Assembly: GCA_031396445.1 (NCBI GenBank) | Contig: JANNKU010000020.1 | Location: 1,302-65,301, forward strand | Direction: 5' to 3' | Source: Deltaproteobacteria bacterium | GTDB lineage: Bacteria > Myxococcota_A > UBA9160 > PR03 | DNA length: 64,000 bases | In this document: one piece after another, positions 1-9,621 of the stretch | How positions within the stretch are numbered: position 1 is the first letter of the stretch | Layout: every line of letters begins with the position of its first letter | Program-made: the position numbers and the translations under genes | The notes under the pieces: model-generated | The model's database searches: none | The model's input: the letters and a program-made list of their open reading frames with translations, nothing else | Told to the model about the DNA's origin: nothing

Positions 1-1042
<1,042 letters not shown>

Positions 1043-1045
1043 CTC

Positions 1046-1594
1046 TCATCGTTCTCCCGTGAGTTGCGTGCGGAGCTGCGCGAGCTGGGTGCGCAGACTG
1101 CCGTCGAATACGAGGTCACCGACCCGGGCCACCAGGCCGCCCAGAAGAGCCGGATCGACGCGAATCGCGAGATCGAGCTCGCGCCCGAGCCGTCGCGCGA
1201 GTGCGCCGCGAATGCGCTCGAGTTGCGCGGCATCGAGCGGTGTCGCGGACACCACTTCGCCGCGCACACGACCCGCCGCTTCCTCGGCGAGCCGCACGTA
1301 GTCTTCATGGATCGCCGCGAGATCGCGTGTGCGGCGTTGGTCGATCAGGAACGACAAGAAGTTGGTCAGCAGCGGCGAAATGCCGAGCGGCGCGGCGAGC
1401 TGCTTCAGCGCCGCGCGGCGCTCGGCAGCCGGATACATCGGAAGCACCAGGACATCTTCGAGTGTCGGGACGGATGCGATCGCGGCGAGGAGGCGATCGA
1501 GTTCCGCACGAATCGTCTCGACGGCGCCCGTCTCCTGGGCGATTCCGAAGAGTGCCTTGGCGTAGCGGAGTGCGGCGGAGCGCTTGCCAGCCAT
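1046..1594 (-). CDS. atpH: F0F1 ATP synthase subunit delta (OSCP)
   Basis: Tail of ORF 1046..1651. Internal ATG at 1594 gives MAGKRSAALRYAKALFGIAQE..., a typical delta N-terminus. Sits 3 nt upstream of atpA. Confidence 0.85.
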   Translation of the reverse strand: MAGKRSAALRYAKALFGIAQETGAVETIRAELDRLLAAIASVPTLEDVLVLPMYPAAERRAALKQLAAPLGISPLLTNFLSFLIDQRRTRDLAAIHEDYVRLAEEAAGRVRGEVVSATPLDAAQLERIRGALARRLGRELDLAIRVDPALLGGLVARVGDLVFDGSLRTQLAQLRTQLTGER

Positions 1595-1598
1595 CGAC

Positions 1599-2174
1599 TC
1601 AGCTCCGTGTCGTCGCGGCGGGCGACGACTCGACGCGCTCGACGAACTCATCGACGAGTCGCGCGCGGTCGGAATCGGTGACTTGTCGCTTCAACAGATC
1701 GCCGGCGAGGCGCACGGCCATCTCGGCGGCTTCGTTGCGCAGCTCCTGGCGCGCGCGCCGTGACTCCTGCTCGACGGCGATCTGCGCGTCACGGCGGATG
1801 CGTTCGGCGGCGACGCGCGCGTCGGCGAGCAGTCGCTCGCGCTCGTGCTCGGCTTGCGCGCGCACGCTGCGGCGAATCTCTTCGACCTCGTGGTCCAGCG
1901 ACGCCAGCCGCTCGTTGCACGCGGCCAGTTGGCGCTCGGCATCCGCGAGTCCACGACGCGCGGCCTCGATGCCGGCCTCGATGTTCAGCCGACGCTCTGC
2001 CATGTAGGTGCGGACCGGCGTGCGTGCGAAGTAGATCAGCACGGCCAGCACCAACGCGAGGTTGATCGCGTGCCAGAGCAGCTTCGACTCGTGCCCGCCG
2101 CCCTCTTCAGACGCGAACGCGAGCGCCGGCGCCAGCACCAACAACAGCGTGGGAATGACAGCTAGCAGGCGCAT
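1599..2174 (-). CDS. atpF: F0F1 ATP synthase subunit b
   Basis: Last 191 aa of ORF 1599..2744: MRLLAVIPTLLLVLAPALAFA... has one N-terminal TM helix then a long charged coiled coil. ATG at 2172-2174. Confidence 0.8.
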   Translation of the reverse strand: MRLLAVIPTLLLVLAPALAFASEEGGGHESKLLWHAINLALVLAVLIYFARTPVRTYMAERRLNIEAGIEAARRGLADAERQLAACNERLASLDHEVEEIRRSVRAQAEHERERLLADARVAAERIRRDAQIAVEQESRRARQELRNEAAEMAVRLAGDLLKRQVTDSDRARLVDEFVERVESSPAATTRS

Positions 2175-2707
2175 CACGCGGCGCTCCTGCCGAGCAGCCG
2201 CGCGGTGATTTCGCGCGCGAGCGGTTCCGCTTCGGCGCTGAGCGCGCCGCGCACCGAGTCGGCCGCGCGCGCGAGTTCGCCGCGCGCGCCGATGATCTCG
2301 TGCTCGGCGGCGACACGCGCTTCCCCAACGGTTGCCTGATGCGCACGTCGCGCTTCTTCGACCAGGCGCACTTGCTCGACGTGCGCCGTCTCGCGCGCCT
2401 GGCGCACGGCGTCGTCGTGGCGCGCGAGCAAGCCGGCCGCCTGTTGCGACAGCTCTGCAGCACGAACCCGCGCGCCTTCGATGCGGGACTCGCGTGCGTC
2501 GAGCACCGCGAGCACCGGCTTGAAGAGCAAGCGGTCGAGAACCGGCACCAGAATCACGAAGAGCCCGAGCAGCAGCAGCAGCCGGACCGGCTCGGGATTG
2601 ATGTCGAGAGCATCGTCGGAAGCGGAGGCGATTTGCGGCGCGAGCAGCACGACCGCCGCGACCAACCCCGAGAACGGCGCGAAAAGCGCGGTGGGTTGGC
2701 GGCGCAT
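2174..2707 (-). CDS. F0F1 ATP synthase subunit b' (second b-type stalk subunit)
   Basis: ORF 2174..2833 from internal ATG 2707 (MRRQPTALFAPFSGL...). TM helix LLLLLGLFVILVPVL then an Ala/Arg/Glu coiled coil. Overlaps the atpF start by 1 nt. Confidence 0.75.
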   Translation of the reverse strand: MRRQPTALFAPFSGLVAAVVLLAPQIASASDDALDINPEPVRLLLLLGLFVILVPVLDRLLFKPVLAVLDARESRIEGARVRAAELSQQAAGLLARHDDAVRQARETAHVEQVRLVEEARRAHQATVGEARVAAEHEIIGARGELARAADSVRGALSAEAEPLAREITARLLGRSAA

Positions 2708-2878
2708 CGCGCTTTTCCTCCGAGATTCGACGTAGACCCTGCACCCGCGCTTAGCCGGACGTCTCGCTCCGGGCCCCCTGGGCCTGTCCGCGAAGGTTTC
2801 CTCGCGGCGGAACGGCGCACTGTGGCTGCGCATTGGGTCGGCCGCACGGGATGACCAGTGGGGCCGTTGGGCGGGCGG

Positions 2879-2906
2879 ATTCTTACAAAGATCGAATGCG
2901 TTTCAA
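2879..2906 (-). promoter_or_regulatory. Candidate sigma70-type promoter for the atpF'-F-H-A block
   Basis: On the minus strand TTGAAA (2901-2906), 16-nt spacer, AAGAAT (2879-2884), in a locally AT-richer patch of the 227-bp gap upstream of atpF'. Confidence 0.25.
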
Positions 2907-2934
2907 GGCGTGGAGAGGCGCTAAAAGCGGCTTC

Positions 2935-3324
2935 TCAAGCAGCCGAAGCGGCCTCGCCGAGCGCAGGCGACTTCTTCACCGCCATCTCGATCCGGCCCTC
3001 GATGCTGCCGCCCTCTTCTAGAACGAGACGCGGGGTTTGCACCGCCGCTGTGATGCGACCGGTTGCGCGCACCTCGACGCGCTCGCGCGCCAGCACTTCG
3101 CCTTCGACCAGCCCCTCGACGACGAGCACGTCCACTTCGATTCGCGCATGCACGTCGGCGTCTGGGCCGACCTCGAGCGTGCCTTCGGCGACCACTTGCC
3201 CGCGCAGCTTGCCCTCGACGCGGGCCAGACCCCAGAACGTGAGGACGCCATCGAACGACGCGCCCTTCCCGACGGCACAGGCCGGGCCAACGCTCTCGGT
3301 GGGTTCGAGGACTAACTCGCTCAC
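2935..3324 (-). CDS. Bactofilin (polymer-forming cytoskeletal protein)
   Basis: Last 129 aa of ORF 2935..4284: repetitive beta-helix pattern ...VEGKLRGQVVAEGTLEVGPDADVHARIEVDVLVVEGLVEGEVLA...GSIEGRIEM. GTG at 3322-3324 overlaps the parB stop (GTGA). Confidence 0.85.
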   Translation of the reverse strand: MSELVLEPTESVGPACAVGKGASFDGVLTFWGLARVEGKLRGQVVAEGTLEVGPDADVHARIEVDVLVVEGLVEGEVLARERVEVRATGRITAAVQTPRLVLEEGGSIEGRIEMAVKKSPALGEAASAA

Positions 3325-4214
3325 GGCGTTCCCAGCACCAGATCGACGAGGCGATTCAGCTCGTCGGCGCCGACGTAGTCGATCTCGAGACGACCGCGAC
3401 TCGCGGAGCCGCGCAGTCTCACCTGCGTCTGGAGGCGCTGCCGCAGCACATCCACGAGGTTCGCGAGATCCGGGTCGAGCGTCGAGATACGACCGCGCTG
3501 CGGTGCGCGCGTTGCGGCGCCGAGATCGCGCGCGAGTTCTTCGGTCTGTCGCACCGAGAGCGATTCGCGCACGATGCGGTCGCGCAGCGAGAGGCGGCGC
3601 TCCGGGCTCGCGACGCCGAGCAGCGCCTTCGCGTGGCCGATGCTGATCGCACCGCCCTCGACATCGCCTTGCATTTCGCGCGGCAGTTCGAGCAGGCGCA
3701 GGTGATTCGCGATCGTCGAGCGCTCGAAGCCGACGCGTTCGCCGATCGACTCTTGCGTGGCGCCGCTGTCGGCGAGCGCACGGAACGCGAGCGCGAGCTC
3801 GATCGGATTCAGATCGTGGCGCTGCACGTTCTCGACGAGTGCGATCTCGAGTCGATCGCGCGGCGCCACATCGGCGATCACCGCGGGAATCGTCGTGCGA
3901 CCCGCGGCCTGCGCGGCGCGCCAACGGCGTTCGCCGACGACGAGTTCGTAGCCGTCGTCCACCGCGCGCACGACCACTGGTTGCAGCACGCCGTGCTGGC
4001 GGATCGAGACGGCGAGTCTTTCGAGCTCGACGGGATCGAAGCGACGCCGCGGCTGCTCGGGATTCGGGCGGATGCGCTCGATCGGCAGCTCGCTCGTCGC
4101 TTTCGGATCGGGCGCCGGCGTCGGCACCGCGGGCTCGGCGCTTCGTTCGCGCGCGGCGCCGGGAATCAGCGCGCCGAGGCCACGACCGAGTGCGCTGCGC
4201 TTGGGAGTCGTCAT
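3321..4214 (-). CDS. parB: Chromosome partitioning protein ParB
   Basis: ORF 297 aa: MTTPKRSALGRGLGALIPG..., IRPNPEQPRRRFD, VVGERRWRAAQ, HTH region. ATGA overlap with parA. Confidence 0.95.
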   Translation of the reverse strand: MTTPKRSALGRGLGALIPGAARERSAEPAVPTPAPDPKATSELPIERIRPNPEQPRRRFDPVELERLAVSIRQHGVLQPVVVRAVDDGYELVVGERRWRAAQAAGRTTIPAVIADVAPRDRLEIALVENVQRHDLNPIELALAFRALADSGATQESIGERVGFERSTIANHLRLLELPREMQGDVEGGAISIGHAKALLGVASPERRLSLRDRIVRESLSVRQTEELARDLGAATRAPQRGRISTLDPDLANLVDVLRQRLQTQVRLRGSASRGRLEIDYVGADELNRLVDLVLGTP

Positions 4215-5005
4215 CGATCGTCTCCAGCGGGGTGAGTCGCCGCGAGGCGGCGGAGGATTTCTTCGGCGACGCGGAGATAGGCAATCGAACCCTTCGAGCG
4301 CACGTCGTAGAGCAACGCCGGGCGGCCGTGACTCGGCGCTTCGGAGAGTCGCACGTTGCGCGGGATCTCGGTTTGGAAGACGCGCTCGCCGAGGTGGCTG
4401 CGGACTTCGTCGGCCACCTGGCGACTCAGGTTATTGCGCGCATCCATCATCGTCAGCACCACGCCTTCGAGCACGAGTCGCGGATTCAAGCCGGCGCGCA
4501 CACGCTCTATTGTGTCGAGCAGGCGCGCGAGGCCTTCGAGCGCGTAGTACTCGGCTTGCAGCGGCACGATCACGGAATCGGCGGCGGTGAGCGCGTTCAG
4601 CGTCAACAGGCCGAGCGACGGCGGGCAATCGATCAGCACGAGATCGTAGTCGTTGCGCACTTCGTCGATCGCGCGCGCCATCCGATGCTCGCGATCCTCG
4701 GCGCCGACCAGCTCGATCTCGGCGCCGACCAGGTCCGGGCCCGATGGAACCACGTGCAGAAACTCGAGCTCGGTGGGCTGCGCGACATCCTTCAGCGGAT
4801 AGCGCCCGACCAGCGTGTCGTAGACATGTGTCGCCTGCGGCGCGACCCCGATGCCACTGGTGGCGTTGGCTTGCGGGTCGAGATCGATGAGCAGCGTCTT
4901 TCGCTCGGACACGGCGAAGGAGGCGGCCAGGTTGATGGCGGTCGTGGTCTTGCCGACGCCGCCCTTCTGGTTGGCGACGACGAAGACATGTGCGCGTTTT
5001 CCCAT
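4211..5005 (-). CDS. parA: Chromosome partitioning ATPase ParA/Soj
   Basis: ORF 264 aa with deviant Walker A VANQKGGVGKTTTAINLA and LLIDLDPQANATSG. Confidence 0.95.
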   Translation of the reverse strand: MGKRAHVFVVANQKGGVGKTTTAINLAASFAVSERKTLLIDLDPQANATSGIGVAPQATHVYDTLVGRYPLKDVAQPTELEFLHVVPSGPDLVGAEIELVGAEDREHRMARAIDEVRNDYDLVLIDCPPSLGLLTLNALTAADSVIVPLQAEYYALEGLARLLDTIERVRAGLNPRLVLEGVVLTMMDARNNLSRQVADEVRSHLGERVFQTEIPRNVRLSEAPSHGRPALLYDVRSKGSIAYLRVAEEILRRLAATHPAGDDR

Positions 5006-5140
5006 GGGGAGTTCCCTCTGGGGACATCATTGGGGGGTCAAGCGGTAGGTATCACAGCGGCGCGGGGGCCGTCCAGCGGAAGCCAGGCACGGCGCGCGAG
5101 GCGCAGGCCCTTCGAGACTCATCACCGCGGTGCCCACGGA

Positions 5141-5171
5141 GTGATCGCGCCTTAGACCATTACGCGATCAC
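5141..5171 (-). terminator. Hairpin downstream of rsmG (possible terminator, no U-tract)
   Basis: GTGATCGCG (5141-5149) and CGCGATCAC (5163-5171) form a perfect 9-bp stem with a 13-nt loop, 20 nt after the rsmG stop. Confidence 0.3.
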
Positions 5172-5190
5172 TGCGCAGCTCGCGGCGCGA

Positions 5191-5826
5191 TCAGGCCAGA
5201 CGGCCCAGCCATGCGGATCGCGCGGGGCCGCCCAGCGGAACCTGGTAGCGACGAATCGCCTCGAATCGGACGTCGCCCGGCGCGGTGATGCTTGGCGCCG
5301 GATCTGATTGGGGAACGACGAGCCAGCCATCCGGCGTGGCCCAGCGACGCATCCAACTCAGTACCTGCGCCGGCTGCGCCATCGCCTGTGCGACGACGAT
5401 CTGGTGGGGCGCTGCCTCGATCGACTCCGCGCGGCCACGCAGTGCGCACGCGTTCGAGAGTCCGAGCGCGCGAATGGCGGTTCGCTGGAAGTGATGTTTG
5501 CGCTCGCGGGATTCGACCATCGTGATCTGGCAGGCGGGCCAGAGAATCGCGAGCGGTAGTCCAGGGAAGCCTGCGCCGGACCCTAGATCCGCGAGCGAAT
5601 CAGGTGGGTTCGCCGGAAGCGTGCTGCCAAGGGCGAGCGCATCGAGCACCAGCCGCCTGGCAATCGCGTCCGGACTTCGATGCGCGGTGAGATTCATCCG
5701 CTCGGCCCAGCGTGCGACCAGGTGGGAAAGCTCTGCCAGCGCGGCGCTGCGGTCGATCGGGAGACCGAGTTCCACGAGCCCGGCGGCAAGCGTCGCTTCG
5801 AGGGATTGAGGGAGGTCGGGTTCCAC
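5191..5826 (-). CDS. rsmG: 16S rRNA (guanine527-N7)-methyltransferase RsmG
   Basis: ORF 211 aa: ...WAERMNLTA..., SAM motif LADLGSGAGFPGLPLAI. GTG start at 5824-5826; an alternative GTG lies further in. Confidence 0.9.
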   Translation of the reverse strand: MEPDLPQSLEATLAAGLVELGLPIDRSAALAELSHLVARWAERMNLTAHRSPDAIARRLVLDALALGSTLPANPPDSLADLGSGAGFPGLPLAILWPACQITMVESRERKHHFQRTAIRALGLSNACALRGRAESIEAAPHQIVVAQAMAQPAQVLSWMRRWATPDGWLVVPQSDPAPSITAPGDVRFEAIRRYQVPLGGPARSAWLGRLA

Positions 5827-5833
5827 GTGGAAC
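5820..5833. other. parS-like centromere site (perfect 14-bp palindrome GTTCCACGTGGAAC)
   Basis: Differs from the core of canonical tGTTTCACGTGAAACa only at two symmetric positions. Located 1.6 kb from parB and overlaps the predicted rsmG start codon. Confidence 0.6.
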
Positions 5834-5847
5834 GGACGCTGGCTCGC

Positions 5848-5861
5848 GTTCCACGGGGAAC
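5848..5861. other. Second, degenerate parS-like site (GTTCCACGGGGAAC)
   Basis: One mismatch to the neighbouring perfect palindrome, 14 bp away, in the rsmG-jag gap. Confidence 0.4.
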
Positions 5862-5865
5862 GCGA

Positions 5866-6837
5866 TCAGTCGCGGCTCTCGCGCTGCGACTGCGACTCGT
5901 AGCGCTTCGCCTCTTCGTACTCGGGCGCGTTGTCCGGCACCACGACGACCTGGCGATAGTGGCCGTCGCCGACGCTCATCGTGGCGATGCCATCGACTTC
6001 GCGCAGCGCGACGTGCACGCTGCGGCGGTCCTTCGGATTCATCGCTTCGAGCGCAACCGGTCGGCCGGTCTCGCGCGCTCGCGACGCGGCGCGCTCGGCA
6101 ACGCGCGTGAGATAGACCTCGCGCTGGTCGCCATCGCCTTCGACATCGAGAACGACTCGCGGGGCGTCATCGCCGCTGATTCGCAGCGAAGCCTGGTTCG
6201 CGAGGAGCTGCATCGCATCGACCGTGCGGCCCTCGCTGCCCACCAGCCGCTGCGCGCCCGGGCCACGAAGCTGGACCACGACGAGCGACTCGTTCTCCTT
6301 GTTCTCGTTGATCTCGAACGAGCCGAGCTCCATCCGCTCGACCAGTCCCTTCACGAAGGCGCCGAGCTCGCCGAGATCGCCCGTTGCCGTGCCCACCGAG
6401 GGTCCGGCGGCCGCGGCGGCTCGGGGTGCTCGATCTTCCTCGCGCGGCTCGCGAGCTTCGCGGGGTTCCCGCTCTGCCCGCGGCTCGCGAGCTTCGCGCC
6501 GGCCACCACCACCACCGTCGCGCGATTCGCGGGGTCCGCGACTGGGTCGGCGACCGCCGTCATCGTCGCGCCGAGGCTCGCGACCGCCGCGCTCTTCACG
6601 CCCACCACGACGCGGTTCGGGTGCGCCGCCGCCCCCTCCGCCACGAGTCGGCGGCCGGGCCGTTCGCGGATACGCGACCACCACAGCGCGGGTGCCGAGC
6701 CCATGAATCGCGCCGGGTTCCGCCTCGCCAATCGCGAGCTCTTCTTGTGCAATGCCAAAGTGTCCAGCCGCCTTTGCGACGGCCTCGGCGCGATCGCGTC
6801 CCACGAATTCGCGCGCTTCCGAACGAGAGTCGTACAT
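5866..6837 (-). CDS. jag: Jag/KhpB-type RNA-binding protein (Jag_N, KH, R3H) with a long RGG/RE-rich insert
   Basis: ORF 323 aa. N-terminus EAVAKAAGHFGI; KH-like VVVQLRGPGAQRLVGSEGRTVDAMQLLAN; R3H-like LEAMNPKDRRSVHVALRE. Downstream of yidC as usual. Confidence 0.85.
   Translation of the reverse strand: MYDSRSEAREFVGRDRAEAVAKAAGHFGIAQEELAIGEAEPGAIHGLGTRAVVVAYPRTARPPTRGGGGGGAPEPRRGGREERGGREPRRDDDGGRRPSRGPRESRDGGGGGRREAREPRAEREPREAREPREEDRAPRAAAAAGPSVGTATGDLGELGAFVKGLVERMELGSFEINENKENESLVVVQLRGPGAQRLVGSEGRTVDAMQLLANQASLRISGDDAPRVVLDVEGDGDQREVYLTRVAERAASRARETGRPVALEAMNPKDRRSVHVALREVDGIATMSVGDGHYRQVVVVPDNAPEYEEAKRYESQSQRESRD
6443..6498. repeat. In-frame 36-bp tandem duplication inside jag (CGCGGCTCGCGAGCTTCGCG twice)
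   Basis: Identical 20-mers at 6443-6462 and 6479-6498 encode the REPREAREPR(A/E)E repeats of the low-complexity insert. Confidence 0.8.
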
Positions 6838-6858
6838 CAGAACCTCCTGAGTGCTTCG

Positions 6859-8550
6859 CTATGCCGGCTGCGGCGTGTATTGCCGGTTCAGATAGAGCTG
6901 CTGCGCAATCGCCAGCAGATTGCTCACGAACCAGTACAGCACCAAGCCGGCGGGAAAACCGTAGAACATGAAGAAGAACATCACGGGCATCACGATCATC
7001 ATCGTTCGCGCCTGCACGGGATCCATCGTGGTCATCGGTGTCATGCGCTGCTGAATCACCATCGAGAGCGTCATCAGCACCGGAAGCACGCGGACTGGCC
7101 AGCCGACGCCCGGGATCGTAAAGAGCGTTTCGGGCTGCGAGAGGTCGGTGATCCACAACATGAAGTGCGCCTGGCGCAGGTCGATCGAGCTCTGCAGCGC
7201 GTAGTAGAGGCCAATGAAAACGGGGATCTGCAGCACCATCGGGAGACAGCCGCCGAGCGGGTTCACGCCCGCCTCTTTGTAGAGCTTCATCATCTCCTGC
7301 GACTGCTGCTGCTTGTCGTCTTTGTACTTCTCCTGCAGCGCCTTCACCTTGGGCTGGATCTCGCCCATCCGCTTCATCGATTTCATCTGCTTCGCGGCGA
7401 GCGGGGCGGTAAAGAGCCGCACCACGATGGTCAGCAGGATGATTGCGACTCCGTAGTTGGGAACGACGGAGTAGATGGCATGCAGCAACCACGAGAAGCC
7501 CCGCGTCAGCGGAGCCATCCACGACCAGCCGAGGTCGATCGACCGCTCCAGTTGCGCGCCAACGACTGCGAGCCGCTCCGCTTCCTTCGGTCCCGCGTAG
7601 ACCGAATACTCGTGCGCGACCGCGGTTCCGCTCGGCACGCCGACGGCGGGCTGTGACATCGTCACCAGCGTCTCTTCGCCCGGCCTCGCGGCCACCCAGC
7701 GGACCCGGGCATCGCGCGGCACGTCCGGGATCAACGCCGTCAGGAAATAGTGGCTGTAGGCGCCAGACCACTCGATATCGCCCGCGAAGTCACGCTGGAG
7801 TTCCGGCGTGCCGCCGAAGATCGCGCCAAATCCACCCGACTGCCCGAACGACGCGATCAGCTCGCTCTCGATGCTCCCCTGTACGAGCGCAGCGATCGTC
7901 AGATCGTGGAAGTCCGAACCTGGCTGGACTTGCGCGGGAAACACGACGCCGAATTCTGGCGTGGCATCGCGTGTGCTCGCGTTCTCGATCTCGAGCCGAA
8001 CCCGAAACCGATAGGTGTCATCATCGAAGAAGAAGGTCTTCTTGATTGTGACACCTGCGAGTGTCTTTGAAAATGCAACCTCGCGAGAATCCTGGGATAC
8101 GACGCTGAAGTCGGCTCTTCCGAGATCACCGAGGCCAAGCTCGACGAGTGGCGTGGAGAATGCGGGTATGTCGCCATCTGGTCGTGCAATCAGCGAGACG
8201 GGTCCGCCGCCTTCCCGCGGTGGCGCCGTATACGTGGTGAGTTCGAAGCGACGCACGCCGGCGCCACGCGACGTCAGCACCGCGTGATAGAGCGGAGTCA
8301 CGATCTCGATGAGTTCCTCGGGTCCCGCTGGCACCTCTGGTTGCGCAGTGGGCGCCGCCGCTTGCGCTGGCGCCGCTGGATTCACCGCGGCGGCCGGTGG
8401 CGCGTTCATCGCGCCTGCCGGCGCAGGTTCGCCAGAGTGCGCAACGATTTCGCCAGACGGCGGCACCGGACGATTCTTCGCCTCCCACGTCATCCAGACG
8501 CTCAAGACGAGAAACGAAAGTGCGAACGCTAGGAATGCGTTGCGGTCCAC
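6859..8550 (-). CDS. yidC: Membrane protein insertase YidC
   Basis: ORF 6859..8634. Conserved C-terminal core ...KQMKSMKRMGEIQPKVKALQEKYKDDKQQQSQEMMKLYKEAGVNPLGGCLPMVLQIPVFIGLY.... Start set at GTG 8550 (VDRNAFLAFALSFLVL). Confidence 0.93.
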   Translation of the reverse strand: MDRNAFLAFALSFLVLSVWMTWEAKNRPVPPSGEIVAHSGEPAPAGAMNAPPAAAVNPAAPAQAAAPTAQPEVPAGPEELIEIVTPLYHAVLTSRGAGVRRFELTTYTAPPREGGGPVSLIARPDGDIPAFSTPLVELGLGDLGRADFSVVSQDSREVAFSKTLAGVTIKKTFFFDDDTYRFRVRLEIENASTRDATPEFGVVFPAQVQPGSDFHDLTIAALVQGSIESELIASFGQSGGFGAIFGGTPELQRDFAGDIEWSGAYSHYFLTALIPDVPRDARVRWVAARPGEETLVTMSQPAVGVPSGTAVAHEYSVYAGPKEAERLAVVGAQLERSIDLGWSWMAPLTRGFSWLLHAIYSVVPNYGVAIILLTIVVRLFTAPLAAKQMKSMKRMGEIQPKVKALQEKYKDDKQQQSQEMMKLYKEAGVNPLGGCLPMVLQIPVFIGLYYALQSSIDLRQAHFMLWITDLSQPETLFTIPGVGWPVRVLPVLMTLSMVIQQRMTPMTTMDPVQARTMMIVMPVMFFFMFYGFPAGLVLYWFVSNLLAIAQQLYLNRQYTPQPA

Positions 8551-8557
8551 GAAGTCC

Positions 8558-8800
8558 TCAGGGAACCGGGTCCAGCCCGCCGGGGTGCAGCGGGTGGCAT
8601 CGAACGAGGCGACGCATCCCCAGCCAGGAACCACGAAGGGCGCCGTGACGATGGGTCGCGTCGATGAAGTATTCCGAGCAACTCGGCGCGAAACGACACG
8701 TCGAACCGAGCAGGGGTGAAATCGCGTACTGATACGCCCGAAGCAGCATCACGATCAACCCGACTACAACCGCGTTGACGCTTGCGATCAGGCCGCTCAT
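8558..8800 (-). CDS. yidD: Membrane protein insertion efficiency factor YidD
   Basis: Last 80 aa of ORF 8558..8959: ...[59 protein letters not shown]. Confidence 0.9.
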   Translation of the reverse strand: MSGLIASVNAVVVGLIVMLLRAYQYAISPLLGSTCRFAPSCSEYFIDATHRHGALRGSWLGMRRLVRCHPLHPGGLDPVP

Positions 8801-9186
8801 CCACGAACCGCGTTGCGATCGAGGTGAAGCGTCAGCTTCGACGCGGCGGCGCTGAGCTCGCTCGACAAAGCGGCGAAAGCCGCCGACGCGGCACTTGCTC
8901 GCGCGATCACGACGATGTCTCGATTCACCGGAAGTTCTCCGCGATGGCTTCGAAACCACTCACGAATACGGCGCTTTACCAGCGATCGGACGACAGCCGG
9001 CCCGACTCGACGGCTCGCTGTGATCCCGAGCCGCGTAGAACCGTGATCCACGCCACGGCGCGCGGTTGCCAGCAATACGAAGAGTGGAGAATTCAAGCGA
9101 ATGCCCTCTCGAGACACCCGCTGGTAATCGCGTCGCTCGCGGAGGCGGTCGCCGCGCCGGAGGCGCTGGCTGCCGCGATCGGTCAC
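8797..9186 (-). CDS. rnpA: Ribonuclease P protein component
   Basis: ORF 129 aa, basic, ...[24 protein letters not shown].... 4-nt overlaps with both rpmH and yidD. Confidence 0.9.
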   Translation of the reverse strand: MTDRGSQRLRRGDRLRERRDYQRVSREGIRLNSPLFVLLATARRGVDHGSTRLGITASRRVGPAVVRSLVKRRIREWFRSHRGELPVNRDIVVIARASAASAAFAALSSELSAAASKLTLHLDRNAVRG

Positions 9187-9332
9187 TTGCTGCCGGTCGA
9201 AACCGAGAGCTGTTTGCGACCCTTGGCGCGACGGCGCTTCAAGACCGCGCGACCAGCTTGCGTCCGCATACGGATCCGGAATCCGTGGGTGCGGCGTCTC
9301 TTGATTCGGCTCGGCTGATAGGTGCGCTTCAT
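9183..9332 (-). CDS. rpmH: 50S ribosomal protein L34
   Basis: Last 49 aa of ORF 9183..9443: [44 protein letters not shown]. Confidence 0.95.
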   Translation of the reverse strand: MKRTYQPSRIKRRRTHGFRIRMRTQAGRAVLKRRRAKGRKQLSVSTGSK

Positions 9333-9621
9333 GGTTCGTCCAGGCTTTTCGGAAGGCGCACCGTAGCTAGATCGCTTCGAAGCTGTCAAGCGTGGGCCCA
9401 TCCACCATCGGCCTGACAGTTTGGGAGCATCGGTCGCGCGCATCGCGTGATAAGATCGATTTGGGTGCGGCGCCTCGCAGCTGTTTTACGGGCGCGATCC
9501 TCCTCGTCGGTGGACAAAGCAATCGGAGTCCGCGCAAGCACATAGGTGCGTTTCGTCGGGTCCGTCGGTCTCTACTTCGACGACTCAAAGAATCTATTTG
9601 AATAGGGGAGATGGTAGGAAC

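Noticed and set aside
2935-4284. 449-aa minus-strand ORF
   Set aside because: Only its last 129 codons (bactofilin) are credible. The upstream part is an out-of-frame read through parB and is extremely Arg-rich.
4746-4763. CACGTG-containing sequence GGAACCACGTGCAGAAAC inside parA as a third parS
   Set aside because: Only the central hexamer matches. The flanks are not symmetric and do not resemble GTTCCAC/GTGGAAC.
6390-6640. Short tandem repeats as a possible CRISPR or noncoding satellite
   Set aside because: There are only two 20-mer copies with a 36-bp period, in frame within jag, encoding a low-complexity protein segment. There is no spacer architecture.
5680-7656. 658-aa plus-strand ORF across rsmG, jag and yidC
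   Set aside because: It is antisense to three well-supported genes. The composition is low-complexity and Arg/His-rich with no domain signature. High-GC artefact.
9333-9621. Calling this spacer oriC
   Set aside because: There is only one DnaA-box-like 9-mer (9509-9517, 8/9 to the GC-type consensus TTGTCCACA) and one weaker match. There is no box cluster or clear AT-rich unwinding element, and dnaA is not adjacent. Evidence is insufficient.
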